Source: Cetorhinus maximus (taxonomy: Eukaryota). Taken from it: DNA of 64,000 bases. Where the stretch lies: NCBI RefSeq assembly GCF_964194155.1, contig NC_135893.1, positions 61,194,001 to 61,258,000 of the forward strand, written 5' to 3'. The position numbers and the translations under genes were made by a program. Every line of letters starts with the position of its first letter. Positions within the stretch are counted from its first letter, which is position 1. The notes under the pieces are model-generated. The model saw nothing but the letters and a program-made list of their open reading frames with translations. It was not told the DNA's origin and did no database searches. This document shows, in pieces, positions 1 through 11,482 of the stretch.

Positions 1-135
1 AATAGAAACAATGTGCAGGATTACGGGGAAAAGGCAGGAGATTGGCACGAAGTTCAAATGCTCAGAGAGCCGGTGCAGGTATGATGAGCCAAATGGCCTC
101 CTTCTGCACCGTAACAATTCTGTGATTCTGTGAGC
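1..135 (+). mobile_element. CR1-type LINE 3' tail fragment
   Basis: Ends in 'ccaaatggcctccttctgcaccgtaacaattctgtgattctgtga', the CR1 3' UTR motif with a short (ATTCTRTG)n tail. Confidence 0.65.
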
Positions 136-137
136 TG

Positions 138-2255
138 TCAGATTTTCACATGCAACGCTAATGTCTTACAGCGTTGCGATGCCTTAAGACCAACCTTATA
201 CACAACATACACATCAGTAAACATGACAAAGGGGTGGTAATGGTCATCCTTAACAAGCGTGACTAAATCAACAAAATGCACACCACTCTTAATGATGGGT
301 CCAAATTTGTATCCGTTGGACCTGACACTCAACACAACCAGACTGCTTTGCTCAAAAGTAAGCTAAAAAAACGTTTGCTGGACTTGTGTAAGAGTGATGA
401 GCTGCTGCGTGATATTTATAAACAGGGTTCGTCTTCACAGCTCGTTGCATCCACCAATGTATGGGCTGGCCAAGACACACAAAAGCGATATCCCATTCCG
501 CCCTGTCTTATCTATGACAGGTTCTGCATAACAAGAATTGGGCCAAATGGTTGGGTGAATTGTTACAACCAGTTTAGAACAAGTTTTCCACATACACAGT
601 GAAGAATTCCTTCACATTTGAGAAGGTCATACAGGACTTGCATATCGATAGCAATGCCATGTCCATGTGCTCATTTGACACTGCTAGCCTATTCATCAAT
701 GTTCCACTTAAGGAAGCCATAGATATTTGTGCTGTAGCACCATATCAAGCCGATCTAGACCTGCCACCATTGCGCAAATCAGTATTCATTGAGCTCATGA
801 ACTCGGCAGCTCGCCGATTCTGTTCAGTTCAGTTTTAATAACACCATGTATGCCCAAATAGGTGGTGTTGCCATGGGATCTCCTCTAGGCCCAGTTCTTG
901 CAAACATCTTGTTGGGTTCCAAGAAAAACATGTCTTCGATGGAATGACACCTAACCTCCTACCCCTTGCATATTTCTTATAAGTGGATGAAACGTTTGCT
1001 ATTTTTAAATCCGCAGCTGCATGTAATAATTTCCTTACATATCTTAATGGGCTCCCATCCTGAGCTCAAATTCATCTTTGAAATGGAGCCGTCAAATGAA
1101 CTCCCTTTCCTTGACATACTAGTTGAGAACTCTGCCAGGGTGTTCTCTAGCAGGGTCTACCGCAAACCTACCTTCACTGGTCAAAAACACATTGGGATTC
1201 TTACAGTTCCATGCGCTATAAGATTGAACTTATCAGCAACCTCGTAAATAGGGCTCACCATGCAAGCTTGATGCTGAAATGAGGCACATCAAAAGCATCG
1301 TGCGGGACAATGGCTACCCTGATCAGATTATGTTGTGCTGTATATCACGCAAACTCAGGAACGGGCCCCAAGACCATCACTTTTGGCCCTGAAAAGTGCC
1401 CAGTCTACCTCAGATTACCCTAGAAGGGCAAGATATCTCAAAAATTGGAGCAACAGGTGAAGCTAGCTGTTTCATGCTGCTACGATGCAGTAGCAACATG
1501 AGTGGTATTCGCCACTAACAGGATGCTGCCGTCAAGCCAAAAAGACATTCTGCCTGTCACACAAATGAGCAACGTGATATATGAATTTCAGTGCTGGTGT
1601 GATGCTAGATATCTAGGCCATACATCCCAAAGACTGGCGGATTGTATCAAGCAGAATGTCCCTTCCACTGTTTGCTGCAGGGAAGGTACAGATTGTAACC
1701 AACCAGCTCGTGCTTGCAAAACTCAAAAAAGTGTCCAACATTAGATGTAATTCCATGATTGGACAACATTTGCTAAATAATCCTGAGAATTACGCTGACA
1801 ACCAATTTAAGATTGGCAGTCAGGCTCGCAATGTGGCACATTTGCATGTACTGGAAGCTGCATATATTAACATACAGGGCCCTGTTCTTTGCAGACAGAA
1901 AGAATATGTATATAAATTGTGCCTGTTTCTGCTAAACAAAATAAGTGACAGCCATTTGCTGGTTCATTTCTCAGGGCAGTGCCTTGACCAATCAGAGTCA
2001 AGCTGCCTGGGTTAAATTTCAAACAATGTTTGGCAGTTAACTGTCAGTTACCATTCTCCATGGGAATAACTCTACCAATCAGAGTCCACTTGCCAGCTAA
2101 TCAGCACATTCTTCTCATACAGAATAAATTTGTTGTCCCTCTTGGAATTGTATTCTTGCAAAATGTCCTGATGAGTGCAAGACGAAAAGCTTTGACAAAA
2201 AATCTCTTTTTTCAGCAATATTCAAGTTCTGTACCACCAAACGACAAAGATAGGA
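138..2255 (+). mobile_element. Degenerate Penelope-like element (RT + GIY-YIG, probably Penelope/Poseidon group)
   Basis: Frameshifted fragments: SFDTASLFINVPLKEAIDI (RT), GVAMGSPLGPVLANI (about 862-910), ELPFLDILV..VYRKPT (thumb), NVIYEFQCWCDARYLGHTSQRL (GIY-YIG), VLEAAYI. Hammerhead motif near the 3' end. Confidence 0.85.
2164..2197 (+). ncRNA. Minimal type I hammerhead ribozyme motif in PLE 3' terminus
   Basis: TGTC-CTGATGA-GTGCAAGAC-GAAA-AGCT-T-T-GACA. Helix I TGTC/GACA, canonical CUGAUGA/GAAA core, palindromic AAGCTT helix III; helix II is weak. Confidence 0.6.
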
Positions 2256-2404
2256 TATGAATACAGTTGCATTGTGAACTTGAATTAGTGTTACTCACTT
2301 GGAGACAAGGGTGGTTTATTTAATTTCTTCTTCTTGGGTTTCTAAATATGAAAAACAAAGTGCATCAGTAAATTAACTTATGAATATTTCACTTTGTTAT
2401 TAGC

Positions 2405-2900
2405 TGTGGCTCAGTGGTACCGGAAGGTTGAGTGTTGAGACTTGTCCATAAAATCTAGGCTGACACTCCAGTACAGTACTGAGTGTGATGCACTTTTGGA
2501 GGTATAGCCTTTTGTATGAGATGATAAAATTGAGGTCCTGTCTGTCCTTTCAAGTAGCATTAGGGTGTTCAGGGTTGAAAGGCACTGGAGAAACAGTACC
2601 ACCTACATGATGATGTAAGAAGAGACACACAACCAAGAGAGGGAGAATGCTCATGGCTTAGACTGAATAACACCAAGTCTTGTATATCTGTATATCGTTA
2701 TGTTCATCCAATAAACCTATTATTGTTCAGACATACCTATGTCTCAGCAGTCGTTCCTTAGCCATTCACAACCAACATACAACAGATGATAAAATTGAAG
2801 TTCCATCTGTCCTCTGGCACTATTTGAAGAGGGTAAGGGAGCGGTGAGGCGTCTGCTTAACCCTTAACCAACATCAAAAAAAGTTTTTCAAAATTGATCA
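2405..2900 (+). mobile_element. tRNA-headed Deu-domain (SacSINE1-like) SINE interrupted by a short LTR-like insert (about 2566-2783)
   Basis: A-box-like 'tggctcagtggt' head and 'ggctgacactccagtacagtactgag' body shared with many copies in the window. The insert contains AATAAA and ends 'caaca'. Confidence 0.5.
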
Positions 2901-3011
2901 GTAGTTTGTGACCTATGGATGCCCATTGCCTGGAGTCAGCCAGCACCCAAATTTTGTACTACTTCCTCATTTAATTGATAGGAGCATGTAGCCCGGTGTG
3001 ACCTGCACTGC

Positions 3012-3873
3012 TGGTGATCATCTGAGATCATAAAGGGCACTTATTAAAATGCAGGTCTGTCTTTCTTTCCTTTTTTAAATTCTGATTTATGCCCTGAAAG
3101 TTACTGACACTGCTGGCTGGCTGCACACTTAACAAGGAACCTAACAGTGTATGAGGCTAGCACATACTCCAGCTAGTCTCCAGCTCTCAAAAGCAGTCTT
3201 TCTTAAAGGGAAGCTGAACTGGATAACAGAAGGCTGCTGTAGATTGATATTGATGCAAATCTGAGCAAGGGATATGGAACACCACTCCAGAGAGAGGACT
3301 TCCAGGTTCACAGATGCGGCACTGGAGACATTAGTAACAGAGATAGACAGAACAGAGGCCATCTTTCCATGAGGGGCCAGGCGCACGACAGATTCTCTGA
3401 TGGGAGCAGCTGGCAAATGAGGAAGATGCTGAAGTCTGGCCCACAGCACCGAGCAGCACTACTGAAAGAAGTTTAATGACCTTTCATGAGTGTTCAAGAT
3501 TAGCAACTGCGTCTTCACATCACATCACATGCTCATAAACCACCAGCCTCCATAAAATCAGCCAGTAGGGGTGATTGGTGTACACGACAGCACCAGCTTC
3601 TGCCATAAGCAAGGGACAGCCAAGCGAATGCTCTTCTCAGAATGGGGTGCAGTGGAGGCCGCACTAGAAGTAGCTGGAGGAGCAGTGGTGCTCCATTAGA
3701 AGGGGCTTTGGTTTCTGTAATGCCATCTCCAGCATCTCCATGCTTCAAAAAATTCTGAATTGACTGTAAAGTTTGGTGATCATCTGAGATCATAAAGGGT
3801 ACTTATTAAAATGCAGGTCTGTCTTTCTTTCCTTTTTTAAATTCTGATTTGTACCCTGAAAGTTACTGACACT
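3012..3873 (+). repeat. 100-bp direct repeat (3012-3111 and 3774-3873) flanking about 660 bp
   Basis: 'tggtgatcatctgagatcataaaggg...gaaagttactgacact' is present twice with about 3 mismatches. Confidence 0.9.
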
Positions 3874-5479
3874 TTCAGGTGACTCTGTAGTTGCTGCCTG
3901 AATTACATTCGCAATTAGTTGTTTAAATTAGCACAGCCTTCCCACTTATTTTCAGCGCTGATCTGCTGCTGTTCGTCATGTCAAAACGGAGATGTTCAGA
4001 TTCGGGATCTGAGGTGGGGATAGCGAGGAGATCCTGTGTGATTCACAATGTCATTAGATTTCATCTCAACCATTTGCCTACCTGGGGTGTGCCATATCAT
4101 AAGCTGTAAGCACACAATCTTCAGAATTCTACATTTGATATTTCCTTCTATTTTTGTTGACATACTAGCACAATATTTAAATTGGTCTACGCTGTAAAAA
4201 AATGTTTTCTGGAATGATAGAAATTGTTTCCCTTTTGGCACTGGCAGTGTCTGTCAAATGGAGCCCTGGAGTGTGCCAGTGGCTTCTGGGTGAAGGGGAA
4301 AGAGAGGAGAATTTTGAGCATCAATATCTACGAGTGATCCTGAGGAGTGTGTCAATATTTGTTGGTGATCCCTAGCAGCATGTCAACATTGGTGGGGGAT
4401 TTCAAGGAATGTGTCAGTATCTATGGAAGTATGGGAAGGAGATTTTACAGGCAGTGTGTCAATCGAGATGAACAAAAGGCAGTTCTCACTGCACGGTACA
4501 GTACCTTTTCGATATTGGATTCCAATGTGATGATCGAAAGTTCATCCTCTCCCTGAAACAGAAAAATACCATATCATTGGGCTTGGACTGAATTTCATTG
4601 CACTGGAAAGCAGCTCTTTGTCCCATTCTTACTCCCATTGCAGCATGGATTTTCTTATTCCCTCAGTCAGATAATTGAGGGTTAAAGTCTCACTACAGAG
4701 ATTTGAGTATAAGATATATATTGACACTTCGATTGTGGTAGTGAAGGAACGCTGCACTGTCCCAGATGCTGTCATTTGAATTAAACCAAGGCCCCATATG
4801 TCGGGTGAATTTTAAAGGGAGACGTATTCCTTGCCACCCCCCAGGTCGAAAGGTTGGTCGGCACCACACCAACTTTAAAACTGGCTGCCCAGCAGCGATA
4901 ATATTCTGGGGGTAGCCTTAATGAGGTAAATGTGGGACCTCCAGCCCTCAGGTAGCCCCAGCAGGGTCAGAACTGGGACCAAAGGAGTCTTGAGAAGGAC
5001 TCGGTGACTTAAAGTCCAAGCATTTTGGTTGGGCATGCAGGGGTTGTGGGGGTGGGGTAGTGATGGGCTTCAGGTTTTAGAGGCCGGAGCAGAGCCATTA
5101 ATCACTCCCCCAAAATATGAGACACAGGTGGGGAGGCGGTGAGCTACCCCCACCCGAAGTTTTTTATATGTCCCCTGCCTTCAAATATGCTGGCGCATTC
5201 GCCATGAAACTTTACTCATTGTGTGATGTGAGAGGATACCTATTCAGATCAGTAGCATTATGTTTGGTCACAAATTGCCATCTGATGGCATCTACATTTA
5301 TGATTAACTAAAGATACCACATTTAATTCAAGCTATGAAGGGTGAAAGGAGTACAAGGCAAGGAGTGAGGGGTGCAGGGGTGGTAAATGGAGGCAGAGCC
5401 GGGAGGGGGGGAGGTGTGGAGGAGGCCAAGGTGTGGTGGTGGGGCAATAGGGCATGCTGGAACAATGTGGAACTAGTGG

Positions 5480-8400
5480 GGTGGGGGGGGGGGCACGAGG
5501 TGGGGGGGGCGGGAATACGAGGGCACGAGGGGGAGCGGGGGCACGAGGTGGGAGAGGGGAGGGACGAAGGAGGGGAGGGGGGAACGAAGGAGGGGAGGGG
5601 GGGACGAAGGAGGGGAGGGGGGACGAAGGAGGGGAGGGGGGACGAAGGAGGGGAGGGACGAAGGAGGGGGGGGACGAAGGTGGGGGGGACGAAGTAGGGG
5701 GACGAAGGAGGGGGACGAAGGAGGGGGGAGGGGGGGACGAAGGGAGCGGGAGGGGGGGACGAAGGAGGGGAGGGGGGGGACGAAGGAGGGGAGGGGGGGA
5801 CGAAGGAGGGGAGGGGGGGACGAAGGAGGGGAGGGGGGGGACGAAGGAGGGGAGGGGGGGGACGAAGGAGGGGAGGGGGGACGAAGGAGGGGAGGGGGGG
5901 GACGAAGGAGGGGAGGGGGGGACGAAGGAGGGGAGGGGGGGACGAAGGAGGGGAGGGGGGGACGAAGGAGGGGAGGGGGGGACGAAGGAGGGGAGGGGGG
6001 GACGAAGGAGGGGAGGGGGGGGGCGAAGGAGGGGAGGGGAGGAGGGAGGGAGGTAGCGGAGGACAAGGGAGGTAGCGGTAGACGAGGGAAGGAGGGGGGG
6101 ACGAAGGGAGGGGGTTCAAAGGGAGGGGGAGGGGGTTCAAAGGGAGGGGGAGGGGGGTCGAAGGGAGGGGGAGGGGGGTCGAAGGGAGGGGGGTCGAAGG
6201 GAGGGGGAGGGGGGTCGAAGGGAGGGGGAGGGGGGGTCGAAGGGAGGGGGAGGGGGGTCGAAGGGAGGGGGGTCGAAGGGAGGGCGGTCGAAGGGAGGGG
6301 GGTCGAAGGGAGGGCGAGGGGGGTCGAAGGGAGGGCGAGGGGGGTCGAAGGGAGGGCGAGGGGGGTCGAAGGGAGGGCGAGGGGGGTCGAAGGGAGGGCG
6401 AGGGGGGTCGAAGGGAGGGCGAGGGGGGTCGAAGGGAGGGCGAGGGGGGTCGAAGGGAGGGCGAGGGGGGTCGAAGGGAGGGCGAGGGGGGTCGAAGGGA
6501 GGGCGAGGGGGGTCGAAGGGAGGGCGAGGGGGGTCGAAGGGAGGGCGAGGGGGGTCGAAGGGAGGGCGAGGGGGGTCGAAGGGAGGGCGAGGGGGGTCGA
6601 AGGGAGGGCGAGGGGGGTCGAAGGGAGGGCGAGGGGGGTCGAAGGGAGGGCGAGGGGGGTCGAAGGGAGGGCGAGGGGGGTCGAAGGGAGGGCGAGGGGG
6701 GTCGAAGGGAGGGCGAGGGGGGTCGAAGGGAGGGCGAGGGGGGTCGAAGGGAGGGCGAGGGGGGTCGAAGGGAGGGCGAGGGGGGTCGAAGGGAGGGCGA
6801 GGGGGGTCGAAGGGAGGGCGAGGGGGGTCGAAGGGAGGGCGAGGGGGGTCGAAGGGAGGGCGAGGGGGGTCGAAGGGAGGGCGAGGGCGGTCGAAGGGAG
6901 GGCGAGGGCGGTCGAAGGGAGGGCGAGGGGGGTCGAAGGGAGGGCGAGGGGGGTCGAAGGGAGGGCGAGGGGGGTCGAAGGGAGGGCGAGGGGGGTCGAA
7001 GGGGAGGGCGAGGGCGGTCGAAGGGAGGGCGAGGGCGGTCGAAGGGAGGGCGAGGGGGGTCGAAGGGAGGGCGAGGGGGGTCGAAGGGAGGGCGAGGGGG
7101 GTCGAAGGGAGGGGGAACGGGGTCGAAGGGAGGGGGAACGGGGTCGAAGGGAGGGGGAACGGGGTCGAAGGGAGGGGGAACGGGGTCGAAGGGAGGGGGA
7201 ACGGGGTCGAAGGGAGGGGGAACGGGGTCCAGGGGGAACGGGTCCAGGGGGAACGGGTCCAGGTGGAACGGGAGGGGCGATGGGGGGAGGAGAGAACAGG
7301 GGGAGGGGGAACGAGGGGGGAGGGGTGACGAGTGGGGGGAGGGGGGACGAGTGGAGGGGAGGGGGAACGAGAGGAGGGGGGAGGGGGAACGAGGGAAGGG
7401 AGGGGGAACGAGGGAGGGGAACGAGGGGGGGAGGGGGGAACGAGGGGGGGAGGGGGAACGAGGGGGGGGAGGGGGAACGAGGGGGGGAGGGGGAACGAGG
7501 GGGGGAGGGGGAACGAGGGGGGGAGGGGGGAACGAGGGGGGAGGGGGAACGAGGGGGGAGGGGGAACGAGGGGGGGGAGGGGGAACGAGGGGGGGAGGGG
7601 GAACGAGGGGGGAGGGGGAACGAGGGGGGAGGGGGAACGAGGGGGGAGGGGGAACGAGGGGGGGAGGGGGGAACGAGGGGGGAGGGGGAACGAGGGGGGG
7701 AGGGGGAACGAGGGGGGGAGGGGGAACGAGGGGGGGAGGGGGAACGGCGGGGAGGGGAAACGGCGGGGAGGGGGAACGGCGGGTAGGCGGACGGAGGGGG
7801 GTAGGCGGACGGAGGGGAGTAGGGGGACGGAGGGGGGTAGGGGGACGGAGGGGGTAGGGGGACGGAGGGGGTAGGGGGACGGAGGGGGGTAGGGGGACGG
7901 AGGGGGGTAGGGGGACGGAGGGGGGTAGGGGGACGGAGGGGGTAGGGGGACGGAGGGGGAGGAGGAAGAAGGATGCGGGGGAGGGGGGACGGACTGAGGG
8001 TGGGGCGGACGGACTGAGGGGGGGGGGGCGGACGGACTGAGGGGGGGGGGGGGGCGGACGCACTGGGGGGGGGGGGGGGCGGACGGACTGAGGGGGGGGG
8101 GGGGCGGACGGACTGAGGGGGGGGGGCGGACGGACTGAGGGGGGGGGGGGCGGACGGACTGAGGGGGGGGGGCGCGGACGGACTGAGGGGGGGGGCGGAC
8201 GGACTGAGGGGGGGGGGCGGACGGACTGAGGGGGGGGGGCGGACGGACTGAGGGGGGGGGCGGACGGACTGAGGGGGGGGGGGCGGACGGACTGAGGGGG
8301 GGGGGCGGACGGACTGAGGGGGGGGGGGGCGGACGGACTGAGGGGGGGGGGGCGGACGGACTGAGGGGGGGGGGGCGGACGGACTGAGGGGGGGGCGGAC

Positions 8401-8740
8401 GGACTGAGGGGGGGGGCGGACGGACTGAGGGGGGGGGCGGACGGACTGAGGGGGGGGCGGACGGACTGAGGGGGGGGGCGGACGGACTGAGGGGGGAGGG
8501 GACGGACTGAGGGGGGAGGGGACGGACTGAGGGGGGAGGGGACGGACTGAGGGGGGAGGGGACGGACTGAGGGGGGAGGTGGGACAGGAGGGGGACGGGA
8601 GGAGGGGGGGGAGGAGGGGGACGGGGGACGGAGGGGGGACGGAGGGGGAGGAGGAAGAAGGATGCGGGGGAGGGGGGACGAGGGGAGGGGATGGAGGGGG
8701 TGACGAGGGGACAAAGGGAATGGCGAAGGGAAGGGGGGTG
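5480..8740 (+). repeat. Compound G-rich minisatellite of 18-25-bp units; G-quadruplex/triplex-prone
   Basis: Successive blocks: GGACGAAGGAGGGGAGGGG (about 5560-6040), GAGGGCGAGGGGGGTCGAAGG (21-mer, about 6300-7100), GGGTCGAAGGGAGGGGGAACG, GGGGAACGAGGGGGGGA, GGACGGAGGGGGGTAGG, GGCGGACGGACTGAGGGGG (about 7990-8580). Confidence 0.97.
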
Positions 8741-8799
8741 GGAACGAATAAATTAGATGTTTATCTCTGAATTCAGGCAATGAAATCCTAGCTGTCTCT

Positions 8800-9007
8800 T
8801 CCCGATTCCGGCCTCTTACTCCCAGATCCTCTTCGGTCCCGTCACTGAACGACATCTCGGCCAGAGGATAACCAAGGCTTGTGGGGTCTGGGTCGGACTG
8901 TCCAGCGGCCCTGCTTCCGCTCCGTGTCGAGGCTCCGGGTGTTTGTCGGCGAGGCTATAGCAACGGGAGCGAGTCCCGACCCGACACCGCTGGCCGACTG
9001 ACAGTTT
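8800..9007 (+). promoter_or_regulatory. SNX8: SNX8 CpG-island promoter / 5' UTR
   Basis: Locally CpG-dense. ETS-like 'gcttccgc' at about 8913 and RFX half-site-like 'ctatagcaac' at about 8955. Lies directly before an ATG exon with a GT donor. Confidence 0.65.
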
Positions 9008-9041
9008 ATGGGGAGTGAGTGTGAGAATGAATCTGTCAGCG
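9008..9041 (+). CDS. SNX8: SNX8 putative coding exon 1 (MGSECENESVS-G)
   Basis: ATG within the CpG island, donor G|gtatga. Phase cannot be verified because the start of exon 2 lies in the gap. Confidence 0.55.
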
Positions 9042-9299
9042 GTATGAGTGCATTATAAAAAATAAAACAATAACCGAAGTGCGGGTGAGAGGGACTGAGG
9101 AATTGAATGAACAGGATAACCCCTGCAAACTAGCAGTCGCTGAAACATTCACCTGCACATGATGCAATTGGGAATAACACCACTGTTATCGTTATCCCTA
9201 AGGGCCAGGTTGTGATCCTTCATATCGCAGTCTGTTCTCAGGGATTGTCCCCTATAGCCAGAGATTGTTGGCTATAGGGTACGAGTTTTCTCTCAATTA

Positions 9300-10597
9300 A
9301 TTCATGGGATGTGGGCATCGCTGGCTAGACCAGCATTTATTGCCCAGCCCTAATTGTCCTTGAGAAGATGGTGGTGAGCTGCCTTCTTGAACCACTCCAT
9401 TCCATGTGGTGTAGATACACCCATAGTGCTGTTGGGGAGGGAGTTCCAGAATTTTGACCCAAGGACAGTGAAGGAACGGTGATGTATTTCCAAGTCAGGA
9501 TGGTGAGTGGCTTGGAGGGGAACTTCCATATGGTGGTGTTCCCATGTGTCTGTTGCCCTTGTCCTTCTAGATGGTGGTGGTCGTGGGTTTGGAAATTGCT
9601 GTCTAAGGAACCTTGGTGAATTCCTGCAGTGCATCTTGTAGATGGTACACACTGCTGCTATTGTGCGTCGATGGTGGGGGGAATGAATGATTATGGATGG
9701 GGTGCCAATCAAGCAGGCTGCTTTGTCCTGGATGGTATCAAGCTTCTTGAGTATTGTTGGAGCTGTACTCATCCAGGTCCATCACACTATTCCATCACAC
9801 TCCTGACTTGTGCCTTATAGATGGTGGACAGGCTCTGGGGAGTCAGGATCATGAGTTACTCGCTGCACAATTCCTAGCCTCTGACCTGCACTTGTTGCCA
9901 CAGTATTTATATGGCTAGTCCAGTTCAGTTTCTGTTCAATGGTAAACCCCTGGATGTTGATAGTGGGGGATTCAGCGATGGTAATGCCATGGAAGGTCAA
10001 GGGGTGATGGTTAGATTATCTCTTGTTGGAGATGATCATTGCCTCGCACTTGTGTGGTGCAAATGTTACTTGCCACTTAAGCACCCCAAGCCTGAATGTT
10101 GTCCAGGTCTTGCTGCATTTGGACATGGATTGCTTCAGTATCTGAGAAGTCGCGAATGGTGCTGAACATTGTGCAATCATCAGCGAACATCCCCACTTCT
10201 GACCTTATGATGGACGGAAGGTCATTGATGAAGCAGCTGAAGATGTTTGGGCCTAGGACACTACCCTGAGGAACTCCTGCAGTGATGACCTGGAACTGAG
10301 ATGATTGACCTCCAACAATCACAGCCATCTTCCTTTGTAATATGTGTGACTCCAATCACCTGAGAGTTTACCCCCGATTCCCATTGACTCCAGTTTTGTT
10401 AGGGCACCTTGATGTCACACACGTTTGAATGCTGCCTTGATGTGCAGGGCAGACATGCTCACCTCACCTCTGGAGGTCAGCTCTTTTGTCCATGTTTGAA
10501 CCAAGGCTGTAATGAGGTCAGGAGCTGAGTGGCCTTGGCACAACCCAAACTGAGTGTAAGTGAGCAGGTTATTGCTAAGCAAGTGCCACTTGATAGC
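9300..10597 (-). mobile_element. Non-LTR retrotransposon (CR1/L2/Jockey-group RT), 3' portion, cut off by the gap
   Basis: GVPQGSVLGP, FINDL, FADD, QQDLDNIQAW motifs. 3' end 'gatgcccacatcccatgaat'. Confidence 0.9.
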
Positions 10598-10797
10598 NNN
10601 NNNNNNNNNNNNNNNNNNNNNNNNNNNNNNNNNNNNNNNNNNNNNNNNNNNNNNNNNNNNNNNNNNNNNNNNNNNNNNNNNNNNNNNNNNNNNNNNNNNN
10701 NNNNNNNNNNNNNNNNNNNNNNNNNNNNNNNNNNNNNNNNNNNNNNNNNNNNNNNNNNNNNNNNNNNNNNNNNNNNNNNNNNNNNNNNNNNNNNNNN
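10598..10797. other. Assembly gap (200 N)
   Basis: Run of N; it hides the 5' part of SNX8 exon 2. Confidence 1.
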
Positions 10798-10892
10798 GCC
10801 ATTTGCTGGTAACTAGGGAGGACCAAGTGCGGAGAAGTGTCTTTCGTAAATTGTTGAACAGGACTGAGCTGCCACCTATTATACAAAACCAG
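10798..10892 (+). CDS. SNX8: SNX8 exon 2, visible 3' part (..TREDQVRRSVFRKLLNRTELPPIIQNQ), EH-like N-terminal domain
   Basis: Donor CAG|gtattg, phase 0, joins in frame to IAEIV of the next exon. Resembles the EH pattern LxxSxLPxxxLxQIW. Confidence 0.7.
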
Positions 10893-11028
10893 GTATTGAA
10901 GTAATCCCTCAGCAAGCTCTGACACAAGATGCGATGTTTGAGTCTGTTGCACGGAGAATATTAGTTAACTCAAGTGTTCTATAATGCAAATTGACCTATG
11001 GAGAGGTTTACTGGAGAGATGGAAATAT

Positions 11029-11482
11029 TGTTATCAGTGTGAAGTTTATAAGGTTATGTTTTAAACCATCTGTTTAAGATAAAATGGGTAATGAAGAGAG
11101 TTGTGTATTTGCTTCGGGATTTCTCAAACTGAAGGAGGTGCCTTTTGACAGTCACTCAATGTTACGACTCGAAACAGGGAGAAGCAGAGCCTTTGGAAGC
11201 TGTAAGTGATGTTTATCTGGTTATTGTAAAAGCAGCAATTCTGCAGATGTGGGCAGGATGTGTGAAGTATGACTGGCGTGGGATTTTTTGTTTGTGTTAA
11301 GTGAAGGGAGGGATATCTTTTCTAGAGTATTACTTGGCTGCTAAAAGGCTTTTAGTCGTTGCTTTTAGTTAGTTACAGTAAAAGTCTTAAAACTTGAAAC
11401 CTTGTCATGTGATCCTTTCATTTGGTCATTGGGAATTCAAATATCTTTTTAAAAGTTATTGGTCTCTGTGGGGATTGTAACA
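11029..11482. mobile_element. Solo LTR (Gypsy-like)
   Basis: TGTTA...TAACA termini with a 4-bp TSD ATAT (11025-11028 and 11483-11486). Confidence 0.7.

Noticed and set aside
6300-7100. Regular 21-bp repeats resembling a CRISPR array
   Set aside because: No unique spacers, no cas genes, and the context is vertebrate.
5328-8855. 1175-aa proline-rich ORF (extensin/formin-like) and overlapping Gly/Arg-rich ORFs
   Set aside because: A by-product of a C-rich strand that rarely forms stop codons. Unit lengths vary by single bases with no frame preservation, and no domain is present.
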